A stretch of DNA of 64,000 bases, taken from an uncultured Spirochaetota bacterium. GTDB taxonomy: Bacteria; Spirochaetota; Spirochaetia; SZUA-6; Fen-1364. Positions 56,052 through 64,000 of this stretch are shown in pieces. A model generated the notes under the pieces. The model had not been told where the DNA came from and made no database searches. It saw only the letters and a list, made by a program, of their open reading frames with translations. Numbering within the stretch: the stretch's first letter is position 1; the number at the start of each line of letters is the position of its first letter. A program made the translations under genes and the position numbers. The stretch spans positions 64,001-128,000 of the forward strand of contig CAWJSK010000004.1 of NCBI GenBank assembly GCA_963845535.1, given 5' to 3'.

Positions 56052-57989
56052 TCACGACAGGGATTTGACCTCGAGGCTTCGAACCATGTACAGCTCGATG
56101 TAGTCCTTCAAGATCTCACGCTTCTTGATCTTCTCCAGGCTCTTGCTCGTGGAAAGCTGCTCAGCGAGCGCATGGATCCTTTTGATGTCGGGAGGCTGGA
56201 TGAGGAAGGAGCGTCGGATGGGGCGGAGGAAGTCCCGCACCAATGCGTTCACGTCTTCCACGAGGTTCTTCTTTGCGCGGGTGTCGTAGAGGGGATTCCA
56301 CTTCTCGGCAAGCTCCTCGAGGGTCACGTCAATTGTCTTCCCGGAGGGCACATAGTGCGAGATCAGGGCCTGGATGCTCCTCTTGTACTGGATCAGGTTT
56401 GTCTTTTGGCCCTTTTCCTTTCCTCCGCCGGCCGCTTTCTCTTCGACGGCAGGTACGGGCTCCCCCAGCACGACCCGCGCGTTGGCGGCGGGCGGCGGCG
56501 CCTGCCCTTCCGCCGGCCCCGCTTTCCTGCGCCGGCCGAGCCGGCGGAAGAACCGCACAAGACCGCTGAGGAGCGGCATTGTCTGCCAGAACGGCAGGAA
56601 GAGGCGCACGTCCTTCAGAAGCTGAGTGCGGGACAGCCCCAGCAGCTCGTCGAACGGGCGCAGGATGCTTTCAACGGAAAAGCACCTCGCCACCTCGGTC
56701 CGCGCGGCAGCCGGTGTTCCGGGCAGGTCCGCGGCCAGGTAGAGGGCAGAGCCGTTTGCCAGGGCGGAGAGAAGGGGAAGGCTTTCCTTGACGCGGACCT
56801 CCACGTCCCGGCGGAACGCGGCGTCGTTTCGGGCCGCGGACGGATACGTGTCAGCCTTCAGCGCCAAAGCCCAGTCATCAAGGTAGCGTGTTCGAAGCTC
56901 TTCCGAGCCCTCCGTGAGTTTCTTCAGGAAGACGGTCACCAGGAAATCGCGCTGGATGAAATAATCCTTGTTCTGCGCGACCGCATGCACCCGGACCAGG
57001 AAGGGGAGGTCTTCATCCCCCGAGCGCTGCGTCTTTTCTTTCAGGAAGCCATGGATGAAGTCTCGGGAATGCTTCGAGATGTACGTTGTGCCTTTCTCAT
57101 CCTTCATCTCGTAGAGGTCCTGGTAGCCGAAGACATAGGGGGGTCTCCTCACGGCCCCGTCCAGTTTCTTCAAGTCCGCCGCCCGCTCCTGGTCCCTCTG
57201 CGATGCGCCTTTCATATGGAAGACGGTGTAGGCGATGATGAGCGCGGACTGACACAAGCGGTGCTCCGCGTCGGTTTTGCTCTCCTTCGTGCGGAGATCT
57301 TGAAGAAGGAGGTTCGTGAGGTGGTTCCAGAAACGGAACTGGAAATCGCTCGGGGAAAGGATCAAAGAAGCCGCCTTCCGAGGCCTGCTGGTGGCATCCT
57401 CGAGCGCCTGGCGAAGCACGAGCTCGTTCCCCCGAAGCACGGACCCGAGTTTGCTCTCCGCGTAGGAGGAGTTTTTCGGGTCCTGCAGGTGATGCGCGAT
57501 CTTTGCCGCCGCTGCCTCGATCAAGACTGTGCCGACAATGTCACGCGGCACGATCAAGGACCGTACGCCGTCGGGAAACTCGACCTTGACGATCCCCTTG
57601 CGAGGGGTCTCATCCTCGTCCAGGAGAGCCGCGAAATCCCCTTTTACGTCGACAGTGACAAGCTCATCCTCAGGCACTTTCATGGGGAGGGTGTCGAGGC
57701 TCGGGAAAGGCAGCTCGGGCTCCACGGCGAGCCGCTTGTACTCTTCCTGAAGGGCAACCTCGGAGAAGTCCGGGAACGACACGGCGCGGATCTTCCCCTC
57801 GGATGCGGAAAGGCGAAGCGCGCCCTTCTTTGCAAGACCGCTCAGCGTCGTTCCCATCTCCGTCGGGGTCATCTGCCCCTTGGGCAGCGATGCAATGAAT
57901 TGGCGCAGGTCTACGGTGGAAGTCTTGGTCCGCAAGGCGAAGTTGCGCAGCAGGGAGAGAAGATCCTCAGGCGACATATGAGCTGGCAT
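56052..57989 (-). CDS. Hypothetical soluble helical protein (about 640 aa)
   Basis: Long ORF with native codon usage, adjacent to the lyase start; no recognisable motif. Start is 57989 or 57977. Confidence 0.8.
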   Translation of the reverse strand: MPAHMSPEDLLSLLRNFALRTKTSTVDLRQFIASLPKGQMTPTEMGTTLSGLAKKGALRLSASEGKIRAVSFPDFSEVALQEEYKRLAVEPELPFPSLDTLPMKVPEDELVTVDVKGDFAALLDEDETPRKGIVKVEFPDGVRSLIVPRDIVGTVLIEAAAAKIAHHLQDPKNSSYAESKLGSVLRGNELVLRQALEDATSRPRKAASLILSPSDFQFRFWNHLTNLLLQDLRTKESKTDAEHRLCQSALIIAYTVFHMKGASQRDQERAADLKKLDGAVRRPPYVFGYQDLYEMKDEKGTTYISKHSRDFIHGFLKEKTQRSGDEDLPFLVRVHAVAQNKDYFIQRDFLVTVFLKKLTEGSEELRTRYLDDWALALKADTYPSAARNDAAFRRDVEVRVKESLPLLSALANGSALYLAADLPGTPAAARTEVARCFSVESILRPFDELLGLSRTQLLKDVRLFLPFWQTMPLLSGLVRFFRRLGRRRKAGPAEGQAPPPAANARVVLGEPVPAVEEKAAGGGKEKGQKTNLIQYKRSIQALISHYVPSGKTIDVTLEELAEKWNPLYDTRAKKNLVEDVNALVRDFLRPIRRSFLIQPPDIKRIHALAEQLSTSKSLEKIKKREILKDYIELYMVRSLEVKSLS

Positions 57990-58092
57990 CTAGTGTAGTG
58001 CAACGGAATGGACATGGCAAGATGAAGGACGCGCACGGATCACGCACGGAGGAAAAGCTTGAAATGCCGGCGACTGCCGACTAAGATCGATT

Positions 58093-59352
58093 GTGAGTCG
58101 ATCAACGGTGAATGCTCTTCCCGCGCGCACGCTCCTCACGGCTTTCATTCTCTGCCTGGCTCCCGCCCTTGTTTTCGCGCAGGCGGAAAACGCGGCCCCG
58201 GCGCTATCCTGCGTGATCTTCACCATCCAGGACATGTCAGCGCGCGGTGACACCAGGGAATACGAGCAGACGATCACTGACAGCTTGTCCGCGTGGTTCC
58301 AGGTGGCGGGCTTCAGCCTCGTTGCTCCCGCCGGCACGGCGCAGGGCCCGCTGAGTGAATCTCAGGCGCTCTCGGAGGCGGCGGCGCTCGACGCCCGCTT
58401 CGCCGTAACTGGATACTACGAAATCCAGGGAGACCAGATCTACGTTGCAATCCAGGTCTGGGACGTTCCGGGCGGCCGTCTCATCACCGGGATCCAGCAG
58501 CGGGCGCATTTCAACCTCGCTTTCTACAGCGCGCTTCATGACTGGATTGCCGATATGCTTCCCGCCATCACGACCCCGGGGAGCGGCCAGCCGGCCCTGG
58601 CCGAACGGCCTCAAGCGCCATCGCAGCCGCAGCAGCAACCTCTGACTGCGCCACAGGTTCCTGAGCCGGCGAAAGTTTCTGTCATTACCTTCCTCTCGGG
58701 GGACGAAGGGATGGAGCTTTCGCTGCCGGGGGACGTCAAGATAGGAACCGTCACGAACGGGAAACTGACCTGGAGCCAGGCAGGACTGCCGGAAGGGGCC
58801 GCCTTTCGCGTGCTGAAAGAAAAGCCCGGGTACCATGCCGAATGGCAGACGGTGAGCGCGGCGGCTGAGGTCCACCTCTCCTCCCTGGCCAGGATGCACT
58901 CCAACGGCATGGAGGCTGACTGGACCTTCGGCCAGCTCGTGGGTTTGGGGGGAACGTACCGCCGCTACGTCTCGCCCGACTCTCTGTTTCTTTTCGCGGG
59001 CGGCTATTTCTTCACCCAGCCCCCGTTGTCCTCCACCGGGTATTTCGTCTATCACGCTGATGCGTCCCTTGGTTTTGGCGGCTATGTGTTTTTCCCTCCC
59101 AGCGCATACGTGCGACTGGGCCTTTCCACCGGCGTGGGCGCGGACTTCTCTCTCACCGGCGTTGGAAACTACACCGACGTCTACTGGAACCTGCTCAACT
59201 GGTGGCTGGAGACGCGGGCAGTCGGACCGATCATTTTTCTTCGGCAGGAATGGAAGTTCACGACGGGAATCGGGAACAACCTGCTGGGGATGGGCTGGAT
59301 GAATATCCAGAACATCCCGCCATTCACGCTGGGAGTGCGTTTCGAATGGTAA
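58093..59352 (+). CDS. Hypothetical exported protein (TolB-N/CsgG-like N-domain, Pro/Gln linker, possible C-terminal beta-barrel)
   Basis: Signal peptide; alternating aromatic/Gly strands ending in GVRFEW; promoter TTGAAA-17-TAAGAT just upstream. Confidence 0.75.
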   Translation: MSRSTVNALPARTLLTAFILCLAPALVFAQAENAAPALSCVIFTIQDMSARGDTREYEQTITDSLSAWFQVAGFSLVAPAGTAQGPLSESQALSEAAALDARFAVTGYYEIQGDQIYVAIQVWDVPGGRLITGIQQRAHFNLAFYSALHDWIADMLPAITTPGSGQPALAERPQAPSQPQQQPLTAPQVPEPAKVSVITFLSGDEGMELSLPGDVKIGTVTNGKLTWSQAGLPEGAAFRVLKEKPGYHAEWQTVSAAAEVHLSSLARMHSNGMEADWTFGQLVGLGGTYRRYVSPDSLFLFAGGYFFTQPPLSSTGYFVYHADASLGFGGYVFFPPSAYVRLGLSTGVGADFSLTGVGNYTDVYWNLLNWWLETRAVGPIIFLRQEWKFTTGIGNNLLGMGWMNIQNIPPFTLGVRFEW

Positions 59353-60602
59353 AGACGGCGGCCCGGCTGGGCATCCTGGTGGCCGTCCTGATCTTTTGCG
59401 CGGTCTTCGCTGCGCCATCCCTAGGCGCTCAGGATCACGCTCTTTCCGCTCCGCGAAGGCTGCTCCTTCACGTCGAGCAGGCGGATGGGACGGGATATTC
59501 GCAGAACGAGCTTCTCATGATCTCGCGCTCTATCATGCTGTCCCTGCAAAACCAGGTTGGCGGCGTCATCGTCATCGAGTCTCCTGACGAACAGCTCCCT
59601 GCCTCGGGAAGTCGGATCAACGAGCTGGCACAGGCGGCAAAGGCCGACTGCTGGCTGTGGATCGGGCTCTCAAACACCGCGTCCATTCGGGCGCGGTCTT
59701 TCGACATTCTCACAAGCGAGCAGACCTTTGACCAGACCCTGGGGAGGGACGCGCGGATCTCCATCCTCGACCTGGCCTATGAAAAATGGCGGGATCTCGC
59801 ATCCCTGGTTTCGCAGAAGTACGGACCGGAGGCGGGAACGAACCACACAGCGAGCCCCGCCCCGCAATCGGAGCCCCCGCGGAGTGACGCTGTTGTGCTC
59901 ACCATCCATGCTCTTCCCGGCACCGTCATTACCGACGGCAACGGCGCCTCGGCGACAACGGGGCCGGACGGGACGGCGCAGATGAGCCTCCCTGCGCCGG
60001 CAGAGTATTCGCTTCGCGCCACGCTCACCGACTACAACGTCGTGAGAGAGGATCTCTTCCTCTCCTCCGGCCGGACGGTCGACATGGCCCAGACCCCTGC
60101 CTCTCGCTGGGCAATTGACTTTTCGATGCAGGACGTCGAGCATCCCGGCCTCGATCTGAGCCGGTTCATCGTTCCCAACCTGCTTTTCGTAAAGATCGGG
60201 CTCACCACCCGCCTGATCGGCCTTGCCTTGACCAACGACGCTGTCTTTTCGAATGATCCATTGACGAGCTTCGCGCTTCAGAGCGGCATCTATTTCAGGC
60301 CTGAGGACGTGCTTTTCCGTTTCTATGGAACGGTCGGGGCTTTCCTCAGCCTGCGTACTCCGCTGGGAGCGTTGTATCTTGATCCCCTTGCACCGGGCGG
60401 GGTCCAGATATCGCTGGGGGCGGAGATCGGCGCAACGGAGCACGGAGGTTTCTTTTTCGAATGGGAGCCCGCATTCTACTTCTCCCCGGAGCCTGACTTC
60501 CAGAGCTCGTTCGGCAACAATGGAACGGTCGGCTGGTTTTTTCCTTCCTGGGGCGCGTTCAACATTCTCACGGTGAGGATGGGCTACCGCTGGCTGATCT
60601 GA
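59346..60602 (+). CDS. Hypothetical exported protein with architecture similar to the upstream gene
   Basis: ATG at 59346; signal peptide, PEGA-like middle region, beta-strand-rich C-terminus ending MGYRWLI. Confidence 0.75.
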   Translation: MVKTAARLGILVAVLIFCAVFAAPSLGAQDHALSAPRRLLLHVEQADGTGYSQNELLMISRSIMLSLQNQVGGVIVIESPDEQLPASGSRINELAQAAKADCWLWIGLSNTASIRARSFDILTSEQTFDQTLGRDARISILDLAYEKWRDLASLVSQKYGPEAGTNHTASPAPQSEPPRSDAVVLTIHALPGTVITDGNGASATTGPDGTAQMSLPAPAEYSLRATLTDYNVVREDLFLSSGRTVDMAQTPASRWAIDFSMQDVEHPGLDLSRFIVPNLLFVKIGLTTRLIGLALTNDAVFSNDPLTSFALQSGIYFRPEDVLFRFYGTVGAFLSLRTPLGALYLDPLAPGGVQISLGAEIGATEHGGFFFEWEPAFYFSPEPDFQSSFGNNGTVGWFFPSWGAFNILTVRMGYRWLI

Positions 60603-60642
60603 GACGGAGAGGTCCCCCCGGCCGCCTTCACGCGGGCGGGCG

Positions 60643-62967
60643 CTACTGCATTTGCGGCAGCGCTTGCAGGTTCTTCAGGAAGCTTTTCAGGAGCGTGTCC
60701 TTGTCCGCCGCTTTCAGCCGTTCATCCAGCACGCTCCTGCGCTGTTCGGGGGTGGTCTGTTTCGCCAGATCGATGACCACGTCGATGGCCTGCTCCAGTG
60801 CTGCCTGGCGGCCTTCGCTCCTGCCCTCCGTCATGCTGTCGGAAATGAATCGGTCGTCGTATCGGTGGACGCGGTTGAGGATTCCCTTGAAGACTCCGTC
60901 AAGCGAGCCCAGGAAGGTGTCACGCAGCCCGATGGTCTTGAGCCGTCCCCTTTGCTCGCCCTGGCTCTTGATGATGGCGTCTTCCTGCGATGAATAGCTG
61001 TTGTACGCTGCAACGAGGTCGTCGAGCCGGCCGAGCTGGCTTGGTGGCTGCTGCGCAGATGCCGACTGCTGCGGAGCGGCGGGCTGGCGCGCAGCGGCGT
61101 CCGCAGCCGCCTTGTCGGCCGCGGCTTTCAGCCTCTGGTTCTCGGCGTCCAGGGCGTCGATTTTGCGGGAAAGCCGCGCCGAAACGTCGCCGGATGTCTG
61201 CTGCGCCGTGGCAAGGTCAGCCACCTGCTTCTGCAGCGCGGCGATCTGGGCGTTCCGCTGCTTCTCCCGGGCGGCCACGCGGGTATCCGCCGTGTCGCCG
61301 AGCGTCGATGATGCGTTCGTGATTCCCTTCGCTGCCAGGTTCGCCTGCGGGCTCTGGGGATAGCGCTGCAGGACCGTGAGGTAGGCGGATATGGCGTCCG
61401 CCGGCTTGCCGTGCCCGAGCGCAGCATCCGCCTGGGCCAGCAAAGGCGCCGCCATCTTTGCCTGGTTGGCGAGGTCCTGATTCTTGCCCTGCTCGGAGCC
61501 CGCGGTGAGGACGTTGGAGAGCGTCTTGTCGAGACGGGCGGAAGTTTCCGGGAGATAGCCCAGCGCGTCCCGGTAGGCGGCCAGCATTTCGGGATAGCGT
61601 CCCGCGTCGAAGGCAGTCTCCGCCCGGGTAAGGCCGGCGCGCAGCGCTTGCTGGCGCGCATTTTCGTCCGCCCGCGTTCTTGCCGTGAAGTAGTCGTAGC
61701 TTCGCTGGATCTCCGGCATCACCGCCAGCGCCTTTGCGTAAAGCCTCTCCGCCTCGGCGACGTTCCCCGCCTGCGCCTGCGCGTCCGCCTGAGCGACTGC
61801 CGTCCGCACCTCGGAAATCTGGCCGGAAGCCGCGATCAGCGAGGAGGTGTCAGCGCTCGCCGGGGAAAGTTGTCCCTGCACGTAGCTCGTGAGGGAATCC
61901 ACGAGAAAAAGGTCCACATCCCTGCGCTGCTGCATGGAGGGGAAGGCCGCCACGCTGGCGCTGTTCACGTAGTCACGGATGGCTTGCAGACCGGTGATCG
62001 CTTTCGAAAAGTCCTTTGCCGAAATATCGGCTTTCACGACGGAGTACAACCCGACGAGCTGGCCCGCGACAAGGTCCTCCTGCTGCTTCCGGGACTGGAG
62101 GGCCGCGAGAGCCTGCTGCGAGCTTGCCTGTGCGGATGCCGCTTCTTTTGTCTTTTGTTCAAGCTGCGCCTGGAGGTCGGCTTCCCGCTTCTTTGAGTCC
62201 TCCAGAACCTGCTGGCGCTCCGCGTTGGCCGTAGCGAGGTTCGCATTGAACTCGGCCTGGAGGCTTCTCAGGTTCTCATCCGATTTCTGCGTGTCCGTTT
62301 CTGCCTGGGCGCGGAAAGCGGCGAGCTGCCTCTGGGAATCCGCGTTCTTCTGCGCCTCCATGGCGGAAAGGCGGTTTGCGATGTCCTGCTCGGAAAGCCC
62401 CTGTTTCTGCAGGCGCACTTTCTCAGCGGCAAGCTCCGCGGCCATGGACGCTTTGAGCTGGTCCTCCCGTTGGCGGACTTTCGCATCCATGTTGGCCTGC
62501 AGGTCCTGGCGCTGCTTGTCGATTTCCTGAAGCCTGCCCTGGATCTGGTCTATCTGCTGGTTTTTCTCCAGGAGCCTCGCCTCGGACTCCTTCTTGAAAG
62601 TCTCGATGAGCTTGCCTTCCGCCGTGATGACGCCGGTCTGGCTCCGTGCCAGCTGGGTTTCCCCCCGCTGGAAGAAGAAGTACAACCCGGTGAGTCCTCC
62701 CACCAGCGTAATGAGCGCCGCCAGGTTCACGAGCACCGGGAACAGGACCCCTTTCTTGGCCGCCCGGACGGCGAACGCTTCCGGGTTCACCGCAATCCTG
62801 TTCTTGGTCGCGACCTTCTCGATCTCCTGGAGGATGTCCTTCTGGTCTTCCCGGGAAATCCCGGAGTCGGCATCAAAAGCGAACTCGTCGCGCCCGTCCG
62901 CGGTGAGACCGAGTGAGGTCCTGATTGTGCGCGCCTTCTTGAGAAGGCCGAGCATGGCGGCTTTCAT
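60643..62967 (-). CDS. Single-TM, coiled-coil/TPR-rich hypothetical protein
   Basis: One TM (VLFPVLVNLAAL...), long Q/E/A-rich heptads and TPR-like motifs (YLTVLQRYPQSPQA); ATGA overlap with the cyclase stop. Confidence 0.8.
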   Translation of the reverse strand: MKAAMLGLLKKARTIRTSLGLTADGRDEFAFDADSGISREDQKDILQEIEKVATKNRIAVNPEAFAVRAAKKGVLFPVLVNLAALITLVGGLTGLYFFFQRGETQLARSQTGVITAEGKLIETFKKESEARLLEKNQQIDQIQGRLQEIDKQRQDLQANMDAKVRQREDQLKASMAAELAAEKVRLQKQGLSEQDIANRLSAMEAQKNADSQRQLAAFRAQAETDTQKSDENLRSLQAEFNANLATANAERQQVLEDSKKREADLQAQLEQKTKEAASAQASSQQALAALQSRKQQEDLVAGQLVGLYSVVKADISAKDFSKAITGLQAIRDYVNSASVAAFPSMQQRRDVDLFLVDSLTSYVQGQLSPASADTSSLIAASGQISEVRTAVAQADAQAQAGNVAEAERLYAKALAVMPEIQRSYDYFTARTRADENARQQALRAGLTRAETAFDAGRYPEMLAAYRDALGYLPETSARLDKTLSNVLTAGSEQGKNQDLANQAKMAAPLLAQADAALGHGKPADAISAYLTVLQRYPQSPQANLAAKGITNASSTLGDTADTRVAAREKQRNAQIAALQKQVADLATAQQTSGDVSARLSRKIDALDAENQRLKAAADKAAADAAARQPAAPQQSASAQQPPSQLGRLDDLVAAYNSYSSQEDAIIKSQGEQRGRLKTIGLRDTFLGSLDGVFKGILNRVHRYDDRFISDSMTEGRSEGRQAALEQAIDVVIDLAKQTTPEQRRSVLDERLKAADKDTLLKSFLKNLQALPQMQ

Positions 62968-64000
62968 TTCGATGTCATCTCGATCACCCCGTCCCACCCC
63001 GGGGGCGGCGGGTTCTTGAGATAATTCTGCGAGCGCCGGACAAGCTCCGGTGCGGGGTCGTCAGCAGGGACAATACGCTGAACGTCCCGAAACAGCGAAA
63101 GAGCGCGTGAGAAGTTTCTCTTGTAGTACTCATCCATCCCTGCATTATGGAGGTCCCAAGCCTCTTTCTCCGCTGCGGTCGGGGCCTTCTTTGTTGTGTA
63201 TATCTTGACTCCCCTGACCCTGCCCTTGACCGCAACCGTGTCGAGAAGACGCCAGGGCAGCTCGTTCTTCACCTTGGAATGAAGGCTTTCCGCGTAGATA
63301 AGCGGCTGATGATAGTACTTCGTAAGCCCCTCGAGCCGGGAGGCAAGGTTCACCGTGTCCCCGATCACCGTGTAGTCCATCTTCTTCTCAGTCCCCATGT
63401 TTCCCACGGTTACGTTCCCATAATTGATCCCAACCCCGATATGAAAAGGCGGCTTGCCGTCCTTCTCCTGATGCTCATTCCACCCGTCAAGGGCCTCGAT
63501 CATGTCGATACCGGCCAGCACCGATTGGAGACCGTCGTTTTCGTGGCGAAGCGGAGCGCCGAAAATCGCCATGATGGCGTCCCCGATGTATTTATCCACC
63601 ATCCCTTGGCGCGCCATGATGATGTCCACCATCACGGAGAAGTAGCTGTTGAGAACGCTTACAAGGTCATCGGGGTTCATCTTCTCGGAGATCGACGTGA
63701 AGCTCCTGATGTCGGAGAACATCACGGAGACCACCCGGTTGTCCCCGATGAGCATCTTGTCGGGGTTCTTGGATAACTCGATTATGACGTCGTTGGGAAC
63801 ATACTTGCGGAAGATGTTCTTTATCTTCTGCTCTTCTTTCTGGGCAACCACTGCCTTGAAGGCGAACTGCTTTATCTGGCGGTAGGCTTTCTCCAGCTCC
63901 CCCACCATGAGGTTGAAGGTCTGGGCGAGCTGGCCTATCTCGTCATGGTACTCCACGACGACGCGCTGGGACAGGTCATTGGTGGAAATGATGGACATCA
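62964..64000 (-). CDS. Class III adenylate cyclase with HAMP domain (5'-truncated by the window edge)
   Basis: HAMP DEIGQLAQTFN; FSDIRSFT, DKYIGDAIMA and DYTVIGDTVNLASRLEG (Lys/Asp pair indicates ATP specificity). Confidence 0.93.
   Translation of the reverse strand, partial: MSIISTNDLSQRVVVEYHDEIGQLAQTFNLMVGELEKAYRQIKQFAFKAVVAQKEEQKIKNIFRKYVPNDVIIELSKNPDKMLIGDNRVVSVMFSDIRSFTSISEKMNPDDLVSVLNSYFSVMVDIIMARQGMVDKYIGDAIMAIFGAPLRHENDGLQSVLAGIDMIEALDGWNEHQEKDGKPPFHIGVGINYGNVTVGNMGTEKKMDYTVIGDTVNLASRLEGLTKYYHQPLIYAESLHSKVKNELPWRLLDTVAVKGRVRGVKIYTTKKAPTAAEKEAWDLHNAGMDEYYKRNFSRALSLFRDVQRIVPADDPAPELVRRSQNYLKNPPPPGWDGVIEMTSK

Noticed and set aside
1..64000. CRISPR arrays, tRNA/rRNA genes, prophage, integrase or defence genes
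   Set aside because: None were recognisable by eye; intergenic gaps are short and lack repeat-spacer periodicity or cloverleaf motifs. A covariance-model scan was not possible.

Overview
GC-rich bacterial chromosomal segment with about 52 genes. It probably comes from a free-living Spirochaetia member; this is inferred from the 'FANGSKE'-type binding-protein N-terminus and the adenylate-cyclase/hypothetical block at the right end. I saw no rRNA, tRNA, CRISPR array or transposase. Contents from left to right: (1) partial adenine deaminase and a BMP-family nucleoside ABC importer; (2) a sigma54-driven P-II gene; (3) a GH43 arabinanase/sugar ABC locus in which a 1246-bp segment carrying the binding-protein gene is duplicated around a LacI gene; (4) EamA, FHA, lipoprotein and GH12 genes; (5) a sigma54-driven sugar ABC operon followed by an NtrC-type activator and a soluble histidine kinase whose input domain is an RbsA-like ABC ATPase domain; (6) a mobA-TDT channel-narGHJI-PPIase nitrate reductase operon with no narK; (7) an FNR-box-driven HMA/P1B-ATPase/ferredoxin/trpS unit; (8) a MarR - ArsM-like methyltransferase - unannotated 31-aa Cys-rich peptide - radical SAM/SPASM - Trx/TrxR fusion (frameshifted) operon that looks like a RiPP cluster, possibly arsenic-linked; (9) oxidoreductases, a PAS hybrid kinase, an MCP, a NitT/TauT ABC system, a MalY/PatB lyase and a class III cyclase cluster. 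The best novelty candidates are the RiPP/ArsM operon (39939-43864) and the ABC-NBD-histidine kinase system (17236-24271). All calls come from motif recognition by eye; no database searches were run.
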